Counted from the first letter of the stretch, positions 37,896 through 47,571 are shown. The stretch is DNA of 64,000 nt from Pyrinomonadaceae bacterium (GCA_026129865.1 JAHCHG010000002.1:244096-308095); one strand, 5' to 3'. Made by a program: numbers and translations. The notes: generated by a model from the sequence alone, not told the origin.

Positions 37896-39323
37896 ATGAA
37901 CCGCATATTTCTTACAATTTTTGCTTTGATCTTCGCGTTCGCGAACGCCGCGTTCGCTCAGGACATACTCCCGCTGCTCGTAAAAAAGGTCAAACCGTCG
38001 GCGGTGGCGATCGAAACCTTTGATTCAAAAGGAAGAACCATCTCACGCGGGAGCGGATTTTTTATTGCTCCGGATCAGGTGATTACAAACCGGCATGTTA
38101 TTGAAAGAGCGAGCAGCGTAGTGATCCATTTGAATGACGGCAAAAAATATCCTGTTTCAGGCGTGATAGCGGTTGACGGCGAAGGCGACATTGCGGTTTT
38201 GCGCGTCGATCTTCCGGGAGTCTTCGTTCAACCGCTCGCAATTACGCAGCAAATTCCGCAGGAAGGCGAAAGCATCGTCGTTATCGGAAATCCTTTCGGT
38301 CTGGAAGGTTCTATTTCCAACGGCATAGTTTCAGCGGTTCGCGATTTTCCGGGTTATGGCAAGATCATTCAAATTACCGCGCCGATCTCGCCAGGGTCGA
38401 GCGGTTCGCCGGTCGTAAATATGTCGGGACAGGTGATCGGGGTCGCGACGCTCCAGGCGGCGGAAGGGCAGAGCTTGAATTTTGCCGTGCCGAGTGAACG
38501 GATCGCTAACTTAAAGATCGGCGAATTAAAGTCCTTTGATGCGCTTCGAACCGAATCTGCCGAGAACAAACGTGCGGCGGCGGAACGTTTTTATTCGCAA
38601 GGTCTAGGTCAATTGTCGCGCGACGATTACGCAAAAGCCGCGCCGCTGTTTGAGAAAGCGGTTGCCCTCGACCCGGAATATGCCGAAGCCTGGTATCAGG
38701 CGGGATATGCGTATGGAATGCTTGGAAAGCACGATCTCGCGCTCGATGCATCGAAAAAAGCTGCTCAGCTTCGTCCGCGATGGTCGGAAACTTATATCAA
38801 TATCGGCGCTTCAAATTATGCGTTGAAAAATTTCGACGATGCCGTAAAAGCTTATATGCAGGCGGCTCGACTTAACCCTTACAAGGCTGAGATCCAACTG
38901 TCTTTGGGATTATCGCTGAATAAACTCGGGAGAACCGACGAAGAAATTCTTGCTTATAAGCGGGCGATCGAATTAAAACCGGACTTTGCCGGCGCATTCG
39001 AATATCTCGGTGCGGCTTATTTCAAACGGCGAGATTTTTCGCTTTCAGCCTCGGCGTTTGAACAACTAAAAACGTACAAACCGGACGCAAAAACCTACAA
39101 TTATCTCGGTGAAAGTTACTTCGAACTCGGAAAGCTGGATGAAAGTTTCGAAGCCTTTAACAGCGCGGTCAATTTTAATCCAAATTTTGATCAGGCTCGG
39201 TTCAATCTGGCGCGAACTTATCTAAAAATGGGCGATCGCGATTCCGCCGGCGTTCAATATCAAATTCTCAAGAACTCGCAATCCGAATGGGCGGACAAAC
39301 TTTTCGTTTTGATCAATCCTTAA
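37896..39323 (+). CDS. Secreted trypsin-like (S1C) serine protease fused to TPR repeats
   Basis: Signal peptide. Catalytic triad context [15 protein letters not shown] and GSSGSPVV. The C-terminal half is TPR repeats. Confidence 0.8.
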   Translation: MNRIFLTIFALIFAFANAAFAQDILPLLVKKVKPSAVAIETFDSKGRTISRGSGFFIAPDQVITNRHVIERASSVVIHLNDGKKYPVSGVIAVDGEGDIAVLRVDLPGVFVQPLAITQQIPQEGESIVVIGNPFGLEGSISNGIVSAVRDFPGYGKIIQITAPISPGSSGSPVVNMSGQVIGVATLQAAEGQSLNFAVPSERIANLKIGELKSFDALRTESAENKRAAAERFYSQGLGQLSRDDYAKAAPLFEKAVALDPEYAEAWYQAGYAYGMLGKHDLALDASKKAAQLRPRWSETYINIGASNYALKNFDDAVKAYMQAARLNPYKAEIQLSLGLSLNKLGRTDEEILAYKRAIELKPDFAGAFEYLGAAYFKRRDFSLSASAFEQLKTYKPDAKTYNYLGESYFELGKLDESFEAFNSAVNFNPNFDQARFNLARTYLKMGDRDSAGVQYQILKNSQSEWADKLFVLINP

Positions 39324-40072
39324 TCAACCTTTTTATTGATCAGACTAGCAACGAATCCTGCGCCAAATCCGTTATCGATATTTACGACCGTAACGTTTGA
39401 CGAACACGAATTTAACATTCCCAAAAGCGCGGCAATTCCGCCGAACGACGCTCCATAACCGATCGAGGTCGGAACGGCGATGACCGGAACACTGACGAGC
39501 CCGCCAACGACAGACGGAAGCGCGCCTTCCATTCCGGCGGCAACGATGACGACTCGCGACCCCTGCAAAACTTCCCGTTCGGCTAAAATGCGATGAATAC
39601 CTGCAACACCTGCATCCCAGATCCGCAAAACCTTATTGCCCATTGTTTCCGCCGTTAATGCGGCTTCTTCCGCAACCGGAATGTCGCTCGTTCCTGCCGT
39701 AACGATAGCTATTTCGCTGGTCCCCGACACGGTTTTGTCGCGCCAAACCCGGATCAGCGATGCCGACTCGTGCCATTCTGCGTCGCTGTAAACGTTTCGA
39801 ATTTCTCCGAAGACTTCGGCACTAGCGCGAGTGATCAGCAAGTTCGGCGATTTGGCAAGTAATTTTTCAAAGATCCCAACTATCTGAGCCGGGGTTTTGC
39901 CCTTCCCGAATATCACCTCCGGAAAGCCCTGCCGCGATGCGCGCGCATGATCGACTCTAGCAAAGCCGATATCTTCAAACGAAAGATTCTTTAACTTTAC
40001 TGCGGCATTTTCTAAAGAAAGATCGCCCGCCGCGTACATTTCTAAAATTTGTTCAATGTTTGTTCGATCCAT
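39320..40072 (-). CDS. larB: Nickel-pincer cofactor biosynthesis protein LarB (PurE-like carboxylase/hydrolase)
   Basis: [55 protein letters not shown] and [11 protein letters not shown]. Confidence 0.8.
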   Translation of the reverse strand: MDRTNIEQILEMYAAGDLSLENAAVKLKNLSFEDIGFARVDHARASRQGFPEVIFGKGKTPAQIVGIFEKLLAKSPNLLITRASAEVFGEIRNVYSDAEWHESASLIRVWRDKTVSGTSEIAIVTAGTSDIPVAEEAALTAETMGNKVLRIWDAGVAGIHRILAEREVLQGSRVVIVAAGMEGALPSVVGGLVSVPVIAVPTSIGYGASFGGIAALLGMLNSCSSNVTVVNIDNGFGAGFVASLINKKVD

Positions 40073-40122
40073 TACGATTCGATTTTACAATATCAGAACC
40101 GTCTTGCGCCTTTCCGAAAACG

Positions 40123-40152
40123 AAAAAAACGGCGGTTAATCACTCCGCCGTT
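40123..40152 (-). terminator. Rho-independent terminator on the minus strand
   Basis: The minus strand reads AACGGCGG-AGTGATTAA-CCGCCGTT followed by TTTTTTT. It lies about 50 nt upstream of the larB start. Confidence 0.55.
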
Positions 40153-40181
40153 CCTTCATTCCAATTCAACAAACAATTTAC

Positions 40182-40301
40182 TCAAATAAACAAACTGACA
40201 TATTTATAAGCTGAACAAATTTTTACGAAAGCCCATGTAACAACATCGCTGCTGACAACTTTCAAAATTGCTTCACTTGTAAATACCGGTTCATTCATCA
40301 T
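40182..40301 (-). CDS. Candidate 39-aa small ORF (or part of a small RNA)
   Basis: MMNEPVFTSEAILKVVSSDVVTWAFVKICSAYKYVSLFI, ending about 30 nt before the minus-strand terminator. Weak Shine-Dalgarno and no homology evidence. Confidence 0.2.
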   Translation of the reverse strand: MMNEPVFTSEAILKVVSSDVVTWAFVKICSAYKYVSLFI

Positions 40302-40446
40302 CGTAACGATTCACCCGAAATATCGGGAGCTAGTCGATTTTGTTGAATGCAATCACGATGCCAAAGCACATCCACTCCGCGCGGCACTGATTTTCCACGT
40401 CTTTGCTCGATAATGCGCGCAGGTCGATCAAATTAACCGGTCAAAT

Positions 40447-40463
40447 TGACATAATTTATGTCA
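40447..40463. promoter_or_regulatory. Perfect palindrome flanked by TTGACA boxes (candidate operator)
   Basis: TGACATAA-T-TTATGTCA within AAATTGACATAATTTATGTCAGAATTGACAC, about 95 nt upstream of ubiX. Confidence 0.4.
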
Positions 40464-40557
40464 GAATTGACACAAACTCGGACGATTTTGAAACTCTTTT
40501 CAATAAGTTCGCGAATTAGTTCAATTCGGCGGTCTAGTGTTAAAATTTGAGGTCTCT

Positions 40558-41178
40558 ATGGAATTAACAGTCGCCATTACGGGTGCATCGGGAACGATCT
40601 ACGCGCAGCGAACTCTTCAGCTATTGATCGAGAGCGGAGCGGTCGAAACGATCAATTTAATAATGTCCGGCGTTGCTCCGGTCGTCGCGCAAGTCGAACT
40701 CGGCGCCGATCTTCGCGATCCCGATTCAAAAAAGATCAATCGCTGGCTGGGACTTTCGGAAAATTCGAAAATTATCCGTTTTTGGAAGTTAGATAATCTC
40801 GCAGCAAAACCTTCGTCCGGATCTAATAAGCAGGAAGGAATGATAATCGTCCCGTGTTCGATGGGAACGCTCGGGGCGGTCGCATCAGGCGCGGGAACAA
40901 ATTTGATCCATCGCGCAGCTGACGTTGCGCTTAAGGAAGGAAGAAAACTCGTTATTGTCCCGCGCGAAACTCCGTTCAACGCGATCCATCTTGAAAATAT
41001 GCTGCGTCTTGCCCGCGCCGGCGCGCGGATCCTGCCGGCTAGTCCGGGATTTTATCATCGACCGAAATCGATCGGTGAACTAGTGGATCATTTATGTTTT
41101 CGAATCTTGGACCAATTCAATATCCCGCATTCTAAGAAAACGCAATGGTCAGGAACCGAAGTAGACCTGGAAGATTGA
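40558..41178 (+). CDS. ubiX: Flavin prenyltransferase UbiX family
   Basis: VAITGASGTIYA, IIVPCSMGTLGAVASG and VPRETPF. Confidence 0.85.
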   Translation: MELTVAITGASGTIYAQRTLQLLIESGAVETINLIMSGVAPVVAQVELGADLRDPDSKKINRWLGLSENSKIIRFWKLDNLAAKPSSGSNKQEGMIIVPCSMGTLGAVASGAGTNLIHRAADVALKEGRKLVIVPRETPFNAIHLENMLRLARAGARILPASPGFYHRPKSIGELVDHLCFRILDQFNIPHSKKTQWSGTEVDLED

Positions 41179-41182
41179 TCTT

Positions 41183-41941
41183 ATGAAAAAAGACACGATC
41201 GGACGTTTTTCAGACCGGGTAGAAAATTACGTCAAATATCGCCCCGAGTATCCGGCGGAAATGCTCGATGTTTTTCGCAGTGAACTCGGGTTAACCGGCG
41301 ATTCCGTCATTGCAGATATCGGTTCGGGTCCCGGAATTTCGTCAAAGTTGTTTCTCGAGAACGGAAATAAAGTGTACGGCGTCGAACCAAACGCGACAAT
41401 GCGTGCAGCCGCAGCGCTTTATTTAAACGACTTTGGTAGTTTCGTAAGCGTTGACGGCACGTCTGAGAAGACGACACTCGACCCGGAAAGCATCGATATA
41501 ATAATTGCCGCCCAGGCATTTCACTGGTTCGATCGGGAAGCGACGCCGCGCGAATTTCGCCGGATTCTGAAAAAAGGAGGTTTTTGCGCGCTCATCTGGA
41601 ATGAGCGTCAGCTTACTTCAAACCGGTTTCTTCGGGAATATGAATCGATCTTAGTAGAATTCGGAATCGATTATAATGAAGTGCGGCACGAAAATGTCAC
41701 ACCGGAAATACTTGAGAAAGTATTCGGTACGCCTTTTAAACTAGAGATTTTAGCAAATTCCCAAACGCTTGATTTTGACGGTATGCTCGGCAGAATTCTT
41801 TCTTCTTCGTATATGCCGTCGCCCGAACATCCGCGTTTTAATGAGCTTACCGAAAAGCTCAAAAGCCTTTTTGCAGAACATCAGAAAAGCGGTAAAATAC
41901 AACTTTTGTATAACACGAACATTTTCTACACGCAGTTTTAA
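41183..41941 (+). CDS. Class I SAM-dependent methyltransferase
   Basis: The SAM motif I VIADIGSGPGISS and AAQAFHWFD. It starts 4 nt after ubiX. Confidence 0.75.
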   Translation: MKKDTIGRFSDRVENYVKYRPEYPAEMLDVFRSELGLTGDSVIADIGSGPGISSKLFLENGNKVYGVEPNATMRAAAALYLNDFGSFVSVDGTSEKTTLDPESIDIIIAAQAFHWFDREATPREFRRILKKGGFCALIWNERQLTSNRFLREYESILVEFGIDYNEVRHENVTPEILEKVFGTPFKLEILANSQTLDFDGMLGRILSSSYMPSPEHPRFNELTEKLKSLFAEHQKSGKIQLLYNTNIFYTQF

Positions 41942-41944
41942 TAT

Positions 41945-42793
41945 ATGGACGCAACGGCAGAAAAACGCATTATCTCTGTAGCTCATTCGCCTGATTCGGA
42001 TGACGCCTTTATGTTTTACGGCTTGGCAACAAACAAGCTTGAAACCAACGGATTGAAGTTTGAACATGTCCTCAAAGACATACAAACCTTAAACGAAGAC
42101 GCCAAAAACGGGGTTTACGACGTGACTGCGATCAGCTTTCACGCATACGCATACGTTTCCGATAAATACGCATTGCTTCCGCACGGCGCGAGCATCGGCG
42201 ACAAATATGGTCCGATCCTTGTTTCAAAAGATCCGCGAAAACCGGAAGAAATTCCGCAAATGAAGATTGCCATCCCGGGTGAATTGACCAGCGCTTTTCT
42301 CGCGCTGAGAATTTACAATCAGGATTTTGAATATATTGTCGTTCCTTTTGACGAGATCATCGACACGGTTCTTAAAGGAAAGGCGGACGCCGGGCTTCTT
42401 ATTCACGAAGGACAGCTTTTTTACAAGCAAATGGGTCTGGACAAGGTTCTTGATCTTGGCGAATGGTGGTTCGATAAAACCGGACTTCCGCTGCCGATGG
42501 GCGGTAACGTAATTCGCCGCGATCTCGGCGGAGACCTGATGCGTCAAGTTTCAAAACATCTACATCGAAGCATTGTTTATTCAATGGAAAACCGCGAAGA
42601 CGCGCTTTCATACGCAATGCAGTTTGCTCGCGATATGCCGCCTGAGCTTGCCGACCGCTTTGTCGCGATGTGGGTCAACGACCTTACTCTGGATTACGGT
42701 GACCGCGGTCGCGAAGCAGTAAAGCTTTTGCTGAAAGAAGGATTTGAAAAAGGAATTATTAAGAATAATGTCGAGATCGAGTTCGTCGATTAG
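41945..42793 (+). CDS. MqnA/MqnD-family (VitK2 biosynthesis, periplasmic-binding-protein fold) protein
   Basis: [18 protein letters not shown]...[13 protein letters not shown]...ISFHAYAYV pattern. It starts 3 nt after the methyltransferase. Confidence 0.65.
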   Translation: MDATAEKRIISVAHSPDSDDAFMFYGLATNKLETNGLKFEHVLKDIQTLNEDAKNGVYDVTAISFHAYAYVSDKYALLPHGASIGDKYGPILVSKDPRKPEEIPQMKIAIPGELTSAFLALRIYNQDFEYIVVPFDEIIDTVLKGKADAGLLIHEGQLFYKQMGLDKVLDLGEWWFDKTGLPLPMGGNVIRRDLGGDLMRQVSKHLHRSIVYSMENREDALSYAMQFARDMPPELADRFVAMWVNDLTLDYGDRGREAVKLLLKEGFEKGIIKNNVEIEFVD

Positions 42794-42816
42794 GTAATTT
42801 CCGGGAATTTTTTAAT

Positions 42817-42850
42817 GAAAACCGTCGAAGATCTTTCGGCGGTTTTTTCA
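42817..42850 (+). terminator. Rho-independent terminator
   Basis: GAAAACCGTCGAAG-ATC-TTTCGGCGGTTTTTTC (one mismatch). Confidence 0.6.
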
Positions 42851-42936
42851 TTTGCAGGAATAAAATCGAGTTTCATTCAAACTATTTTTGGACAAGAGGC
42901 ATCTTTTTTAATAGTTTTATACCGGAAAGAAAAATC

Positions 42937-43773
42937 ATGAAAAAATTAATTCCCTTTTTATTGATCGGAGCGGCGGTGTTTTCGTTCACTGTTTTGGCTG
43001 GCGCGCAAACCACCATTACGCCGTACGACGCAAAGCCGGGAGAGGTCGACAAGATCATTAAAAAAATGGCGGAAAATGAAGATGAATTTCGCCGTGCTTT
43101 GACGGAATATGTTTTTACCAGAAAGGCAAAAATCGAAACGGTCGGACTTGGCGGTCAAATAACCGGAACTTACCGGCGCGATTCGTTCATGACCTTTAAC
43201 CAGGACGGTAAACGATTTGAAAGAATACTTTACGCGCCTGTTTCGACAGTTAAAGATATCCGTATTACGCCCGAAGACATCGACGATCTGGGCGGCATCA
43301 ATCCATTTGCGATAAAACCGACGGATATTGATCTCTATAATTTTACGCTCCTCGGAAAAGAGAAGATCGATGAACTGAATCTGTTTGTATTTGAGGTAGC
43401 TCCTAAAGTTATGCCCGATCCGAAAAAGTCCGATCTCAGGCTTTTTCAAGGGAGGATTTGGGTGGACGATATCGATCTGATGATCGTCAAATCGCGTGGT
43501 AAGGCGGTTCCCGAAGGCAAAAACAAGCAGGGGATCGATCAGAGATTTCCGGTCGTAGAAACGTGGCGAACTAGCGTTGACAATAAGTATTATTTTCCGG
43601 TTTATTCGTCCGCTGACGATGAACTTGTTTTTGGAAACGGTACCGTCACTAGAATGAAGATGCTTGTCCGTTATTCCGATTATGCACAGGGACGAACTTC
43701 GGTAAAGGTTTTGGACGACGATCAGCCGGTCGATGAAAATCAGCCGCCGCCGCTGCCGAAAACTAAGCCGTAA
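42937..43773 (+). CDS. Secreted hypothetical protein, possibly with a LolA-like lipoprotein-sorting fold
   Basis: Signal peptide. The LFVFEVAPKV...LFQGRIWVDDIDLMIVKSRGKAV pattern resembles outer-membrane lipoprotein-sorting proteins (from memory only). Confidence 0.45.
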   Translation: MKKLIPFLLIGAAVFSFTVLAGAQTTITPYDAKPGEVDKIIKKMAENEDEFRRALTEYVFTRKAKIETVGLGGQITGTYRRDSFMTFNQDGKRFERILYAPVSTVKDIRITPEDIDDLGGINPFAIKPTDIDLYNFTLLGKEKIDELNLFVFEVAPKVMPDPKKSDLRLFQGRIWVDDIDLMIVKSRGKAVPEGKNKQGIDQRFPVVETWRTSVDNKYYFPVYSSADDELVFGNGTVTRMKMLVRYSDYAQGRTSVKVLDDDQPVDENQPPPLPKTKP

Positions 43774-43778
43774 TCGTC

Positions 43779-44594
43779 TTAATCTAATTTTTTAACCGGC
43801 GTGTCGCTCGCAAGTTCGACTGCGATCGCGCCCCGAGCTTTTTCAAGCAGCGTGGTCAGACCGGTTTCGATGTCGAATCCGTCAGTTTCGATCGGTTCAA
43901 GCATCACGAGCTCGATCGTCCCCGGATACGCCGTTCCGTTACGCTTTCCCATCATCCAATCGGTATTTTTGATCGCAACCGGAACGACCGGCGCATTTGT
44001 CTGCAGCGCCAGATGGATCGCACCTTTTTTGAACGGCAAAAGTTCGCCCGGCATTGCCCGAGTGCCTTCGGCGAAAACACCGAACGAATAACCGTCATCA
44101 ACTACCTTTTTCGCCTTCGCCATCGAACGCCTCGCCCGTTCGGGGTTTGAACGGTCGATCGCGATTATATTGACGAATCCCATACCCTGACCGAGGACGG
44201 GAACCTTCAGCAGTTCCTTTTTCGCAACAAGACCGATGCGGCGACCCGTAAAACCAAAAAGCGCCGCTGTATCGAGATAAGAGCGGTGATTTGCGACAAA
44301 AATATAACCTTTTCCCTTTTCGAGTTTTTCCATCCCTGAAACGCGCACTTTTGCTCCGCACATCCTCAGCCAAAACCGCGCACCCCATAAACAAAGCGGG
44401 TAAAGCCAAAGTCGTTTCCCGATAAGCTGAAGAAATATCATCGCCGGAAGCGCAATAAATAGCAGTAAAAACCCGGCGACAAAAAAACACCACCAATAAC
44501 GAAGTTTGCCGAAAAGTTTAGATTTGCTAGACTCAATCTCAGCAAATTCAATTTTCTTATTCTGCTTAATCGCTTCTAAAGGAAGGTCTTGCAT
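43779..44594 (-). CDS. plsC: 1-acyl-sn-glycerol-3-phosphate acyltransferase
   Basis: ANHRSYLD (HX4D), FAEGTR and PVVPVAI. The start is taken at Met49 of the track ORF and is uncertain. Confidence 0.8.
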   Translation of the reverse strand: MQDLPLEAIKQNKKIEFAEIESSKSKLFGKLRYWWCFFVAGFLLLFIALPAMIFLQLIGKRLWLYPLCLWGARFWLRMCGAKVRVSGMEKLEKGKGYIFVANHRSYLDTAALFGFTGRRIGLVAKKELLKVPVLGQGMGFVNIIAIDRSNPERARRSMAKAKKVVDDGYSFGVFAEGTRAMPGELLPFKKGAIHLALQTNAPVVPVAIKNTDWMMGKRNGTAYPGTIELVMLEPIETDGFDIETGLTTLLEKARGAIAVELASDTPVKKLD

Positions 44595-47037
44595 GCTTAT
44601 TAGTCTAAGGTCAAAAGTCCGCAACCCAAAGTTTACAAAGAACGAATTTGGTTCAGTGCCATTGATTCGACTTCTGTTTTCGTCGTTCTTTATCATAACT
44701 GCGGCTTTCATGTTCGCGGTTAACGCACAAATTCCCACGCCGAAATCGGTTCTGGGTTTTCATCCAACGGACGACAGAACAATTGCCGATTGGAAACAAA
44801 TAACCGATTATTTCGCCAAATTAGACGCGGCGAGCGACAAAGTAAAAGTAGAAGAGATCGGCAAAACGACGCTCGGCAAACCGCAGATCGTCGCTTTTAT
44901 ATCTTCGGCGGACAATATTAAAAATCTCGAAAGATATAAAAACTATAATTTTGCGATAAACAATCCCCAAATAACTATTGCTCAAACTGAATCAATTGAT
45001 TTAACCAAAGCAGGTAAAACAATTGTCGCAATTTCGTGTTCGATTCATTCGACTGAGATCGTCGCTTCGCAAATGTCAATGAATCTCGCTCACGATCTGG
45101 CGACCGCGACTGATGAAACGACGAAGGAAATTCTGGAAAATACGATTTTGCTGCTTATTCCATCGGCAAATCCCGACGGAATTGACATTGTTGCCAATTG
45201 GTATCGCAAAACGCTCGGCACGAAGTTTGAAGGAACTTCGCCTCCTGAGCTTTATCATCATTACGCCGGACACGATAACAATCGCGATTGGTTTATGATG
45301 AATCTTGCGGAAACGCGAAATATCACGAAACTCTTTTGGCAGGAATGGTTTCCGCAGATCGTCTATGACGTTCACCAACAAGGACAAACCGGCGCGAGAA
45401 TGACGATTCCGCCTTTCTACGATCCGCCGAACCCGCGAATTGATCCGCTGATCCTGCGCGAACTCGGTCTTCTCGGTTATAAAATGGCGGCAGACCTGCA
45501 AAGAACGGATCAAGCGGGCGTTACGACCAATGCGACTTACGACACATGGTGGCACGGAGGTTTTCGTTCCGCGCCTTATTATCACAACTCCGTCGGAATT
45601 TTGTCGGAAGCCGCAAGCGCGGAGTTGATGACTCCCGTTACGATCAATAAAGAAGCCCTTTCGCGTCCGAATCCTTCGCGCGGCATCGCTTCGATGCTCG
45701 AACCGGCGACGAATATTCCCGATCCGTGGGAAGGAGGAGTTTGGGGTCCGAAAGACATTGCGCGAATCGAAACGGTTTCCGCGCTCGCTGTTTTGGAAAT
45801 GGCGGCAAAGTTTCGTGAGCGTTATTTGAAAAATTCTTATGATCTGGCGAGCAAAAATCTCAAACCGTCAAATAATGAACCACAGGCATTTATCGTTTAT
45901 GCAGGTCAGCCAAATCAGGAACCTGTTGCGCGTTTTCTGGAGATTTTGATGTGGCAAGGAATGGAAGTTCATGAAATGACGCGCGAACTTGAAATAATCC
46001 ACGAGCAAAACGATAAAAACAATTTTCATGAAATGCCTTTGGGAAGCTTTCTCGTTTTCGTAAATCAGCCCCAGAAAAATAATGTTTTAAGTCTTTTTGA
46101 AAAACAGGTTTATCCGAAACGCCTGAACGCGAAAGGCGAAGCCGAAGTTCCGTATGACGTTGCAGGTTGGACACTGCCGTTGCAAATGGGCGTTGAAACT
46201 GTTGCGGCTTGGAACATAAAAGATTTAGAAAAACATCGCAGCACTCTGAAAAAAGTCGAAAACATCAATCAGGCGCGAACGGTTTTGAATCTCAAACCGA
46301 ACAAAACTTCATTCGACAAATTGCCGAATCCGCTAAAATCTTCTCCGAAGATCGGGCTTTACAAAGGATTTACAGGTTCGATGGACGAAGGCTGGACGCG
46401 GCTTGTTTTGGACAATCATCAAATTCCATACACATCGCTGATGGATTCGGATTTTCGTGAAGATAAATTAAATTACGACGCGATAATTCTGCCTTCGATC
46501 TCCGAAAGAGGAATCGTTTCCGGCTTGCCGAAAGAGCGTTATCCCGAAGAATTTACAGGCGGAATCGGCGAGAGCGGCGTTGCGAATTTAAAGAAATTCG
46601 TCGAAAATGGCGGAAAGTTAATTTGCTTTGATGACAGTTGCGAACTCGTTATCAAACAATTTAATTTGCCGATGAAAAATGTCTTGGGCGGTCTGAGCCG
46701 CGCTGAATTTTACAGTCCGGGTTCGATCTGGCAATTGGATGTTGACACATCAAATGGGCTCGCCAAAGGTTTCAACAAACAAACTCCGGCATATTTTATC
46801 AACAGTTCGGCTTATGAAATTTCGGATTCGGGCAAATTAAGATCAGTTGCAAAATACGCTGAAAAAGACCTTTTGCTTTCCGGTTGGATTTTGGGCGAGA
46901 AATACGCGCTCGGAAAAACGGCGATCGCGGAAAGCGATTTCGGCAAAGGAAAACTAATTTTATTCGCGTTTAGACCCCAGCATCGCGGACAAACTTTCGG
47001 AACTTTTCCGTTTATTTTCAACGCTTTGGAAAAATAA
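44593..47037 (+). CDS. M14-family zinc carboxypeptidase-like protein, secreted
   Basis: SIHSTEIVASQ (HxxE), NPDG and HQQG. The likely signal peptide is PLIRLLFSSFFIITAAFMFAVNAQ. The start is uncertain (ATG 44593 or GTG 44656). Confidence 0.8.
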   Translation: MLISLRSKVRNPKFTKNEFGSVPLIRLLFSSFFIITAAFMFAVNAQIPTPKSVLGFHPTDDRTIADWKQITDYFAKLDAASDKVKVEEIGKTTLGKPQIVAFISSADNIKNLERYKNYNFAINNPQITIAQTESIDLTKAGKTIVAISCSIHSTEIVASQMSMNLAHDLATATDETTKEILENTILLLIPSANPDGIDIVANWYRKTLGTKFEGTSPPELYHHYAGHDNNRDWFMMNLAETRNITKLFWQEWFPQIVYDVHQQGQTGARMTIPPFYDPPNPRIDPLILRELGLLGYKMAADLQRTDQAGVTTNATYDTWWHGGFRSAPYYHNSVGILSEAASAELMTPVTINKEALSRPNPSRGIASMLEPATNIPDPWEGGVWGPKDIARIETVSALAVLEMAAKFRERYLKNSYDLASKNLKPSNNEPQAFIVYAGQPNQEPVARFLEILMWQGMEVHEMTRELEIIHEQNDKNNFHEMPLGSFLVFVNQPQKNNVLSLFEKQVYPKRLNAKGEAEVPYDVAGWTLPLQMGVETVAAWNIKDLEKHRSTLKKVENINQARTVLNLKPNKTSFDKLPNPLKSSPKIGLYKGFTGSMDEGWTRLVLDNHQIPYTSLMDSDFREDKLNYDAIILPSISERGIVSGLPKERYPEEFTGGIGESGVANLKKFVENGGKLICFDDSCELVIKQFNLPMKNVLGGLSRAEFYSPGSIWQLDVDTSNGLAKGFNKQTPAYFINSSAYEISDSGKLRSVAKYAEKDLLLSGWILGEKYALGKTAIAESDFGKGKLILFAFRPQHRGQTFGTFPFIFNALEK

Positions 47038-47096
47038 CCGGGAAGTCGTCCGAAATTTTGCAATCGTTTGAAATCAAAAGCGGTTTTATTTTGAAA

Positions 47097-47160
47097 TAGA
47101 TTAAAGATGAAAGATAGTACCGGAAAGATCCAACCGTTATCATCTATCATCTCTAATCTA
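47097..47160. repeat. Long imperfect hairpin built from AAGATGA/TAGATTA heptads
   Basis: TAGATTAAAGATGAAAGATAG pairs imperfectly with TATCATCTATCATCTCTAATCTA. It has the same heptad vocabulary as 26924..26990. A CCTGACCGGTCAGG palindrome follows at about 47193. Confidence 0.5.
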
Positions 47161-47267
47161 TTGCGAAGTTTTTCGTCTGAAGCATCGTAAATCCTGACCG
47201 GTCAGGCGTTGCGGTTTTCAAGCTCTTGAGTTTCCGAATCTCTGCAACCTTTCTACTACCTGCTTGT

Positions 47268-47553
47268 TTATCTTTCGCTCGATTCGATGCGTTTCAAATC
47301 TCTTGCAGAAGGAAGTTTTTGGCGGCGTTGCTGAACGGCGAGAATGTAAATACGATTTTCAAATTCCTCGAAAGCGCATATTTCCTGAAAATTTGCTTTT
47401 TTTCAATGGGCGAAAACAGTTTAATGGCGCGAAACGGCTGTTGAGTTTGGCGTCCATTTCGTGAAGTTGCTGTAATAGATAGACACGACCGATAATTTCG
47501 AGGAAAGCGAGTTTCAATTTTTTTGAGCATTCTTTTAACTCTATTTTCGACAA
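47268..47553 (-). pseudogene. Small minus-strand gene apparently split by a frameshift at an A7 run
   Basis: Frame 1 reads MSKIELKECSKKLKLAFLEIIGRVYLLQQLHEMDAKLNSRFAPLNCFRPLKK. After AAAAAAA a second frame reads ANFQEICAFEEFENRIYILAVQQRRQKLPSARDLKRIESSER*. No family recognised. Confidence 0.3.
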
Positions 47554-47571
47554 AATGCTAAAATTAATCTC

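Noticed and set aside
47226-47464. Small plus-strand ORFs (72 and 66 aa) in the 47038..47571 spacer
   Set aside because: They have no Shine-Dalgarno and low-complexity translations. They overlap a more protein-like, though frameshifted, minus-strand reading.
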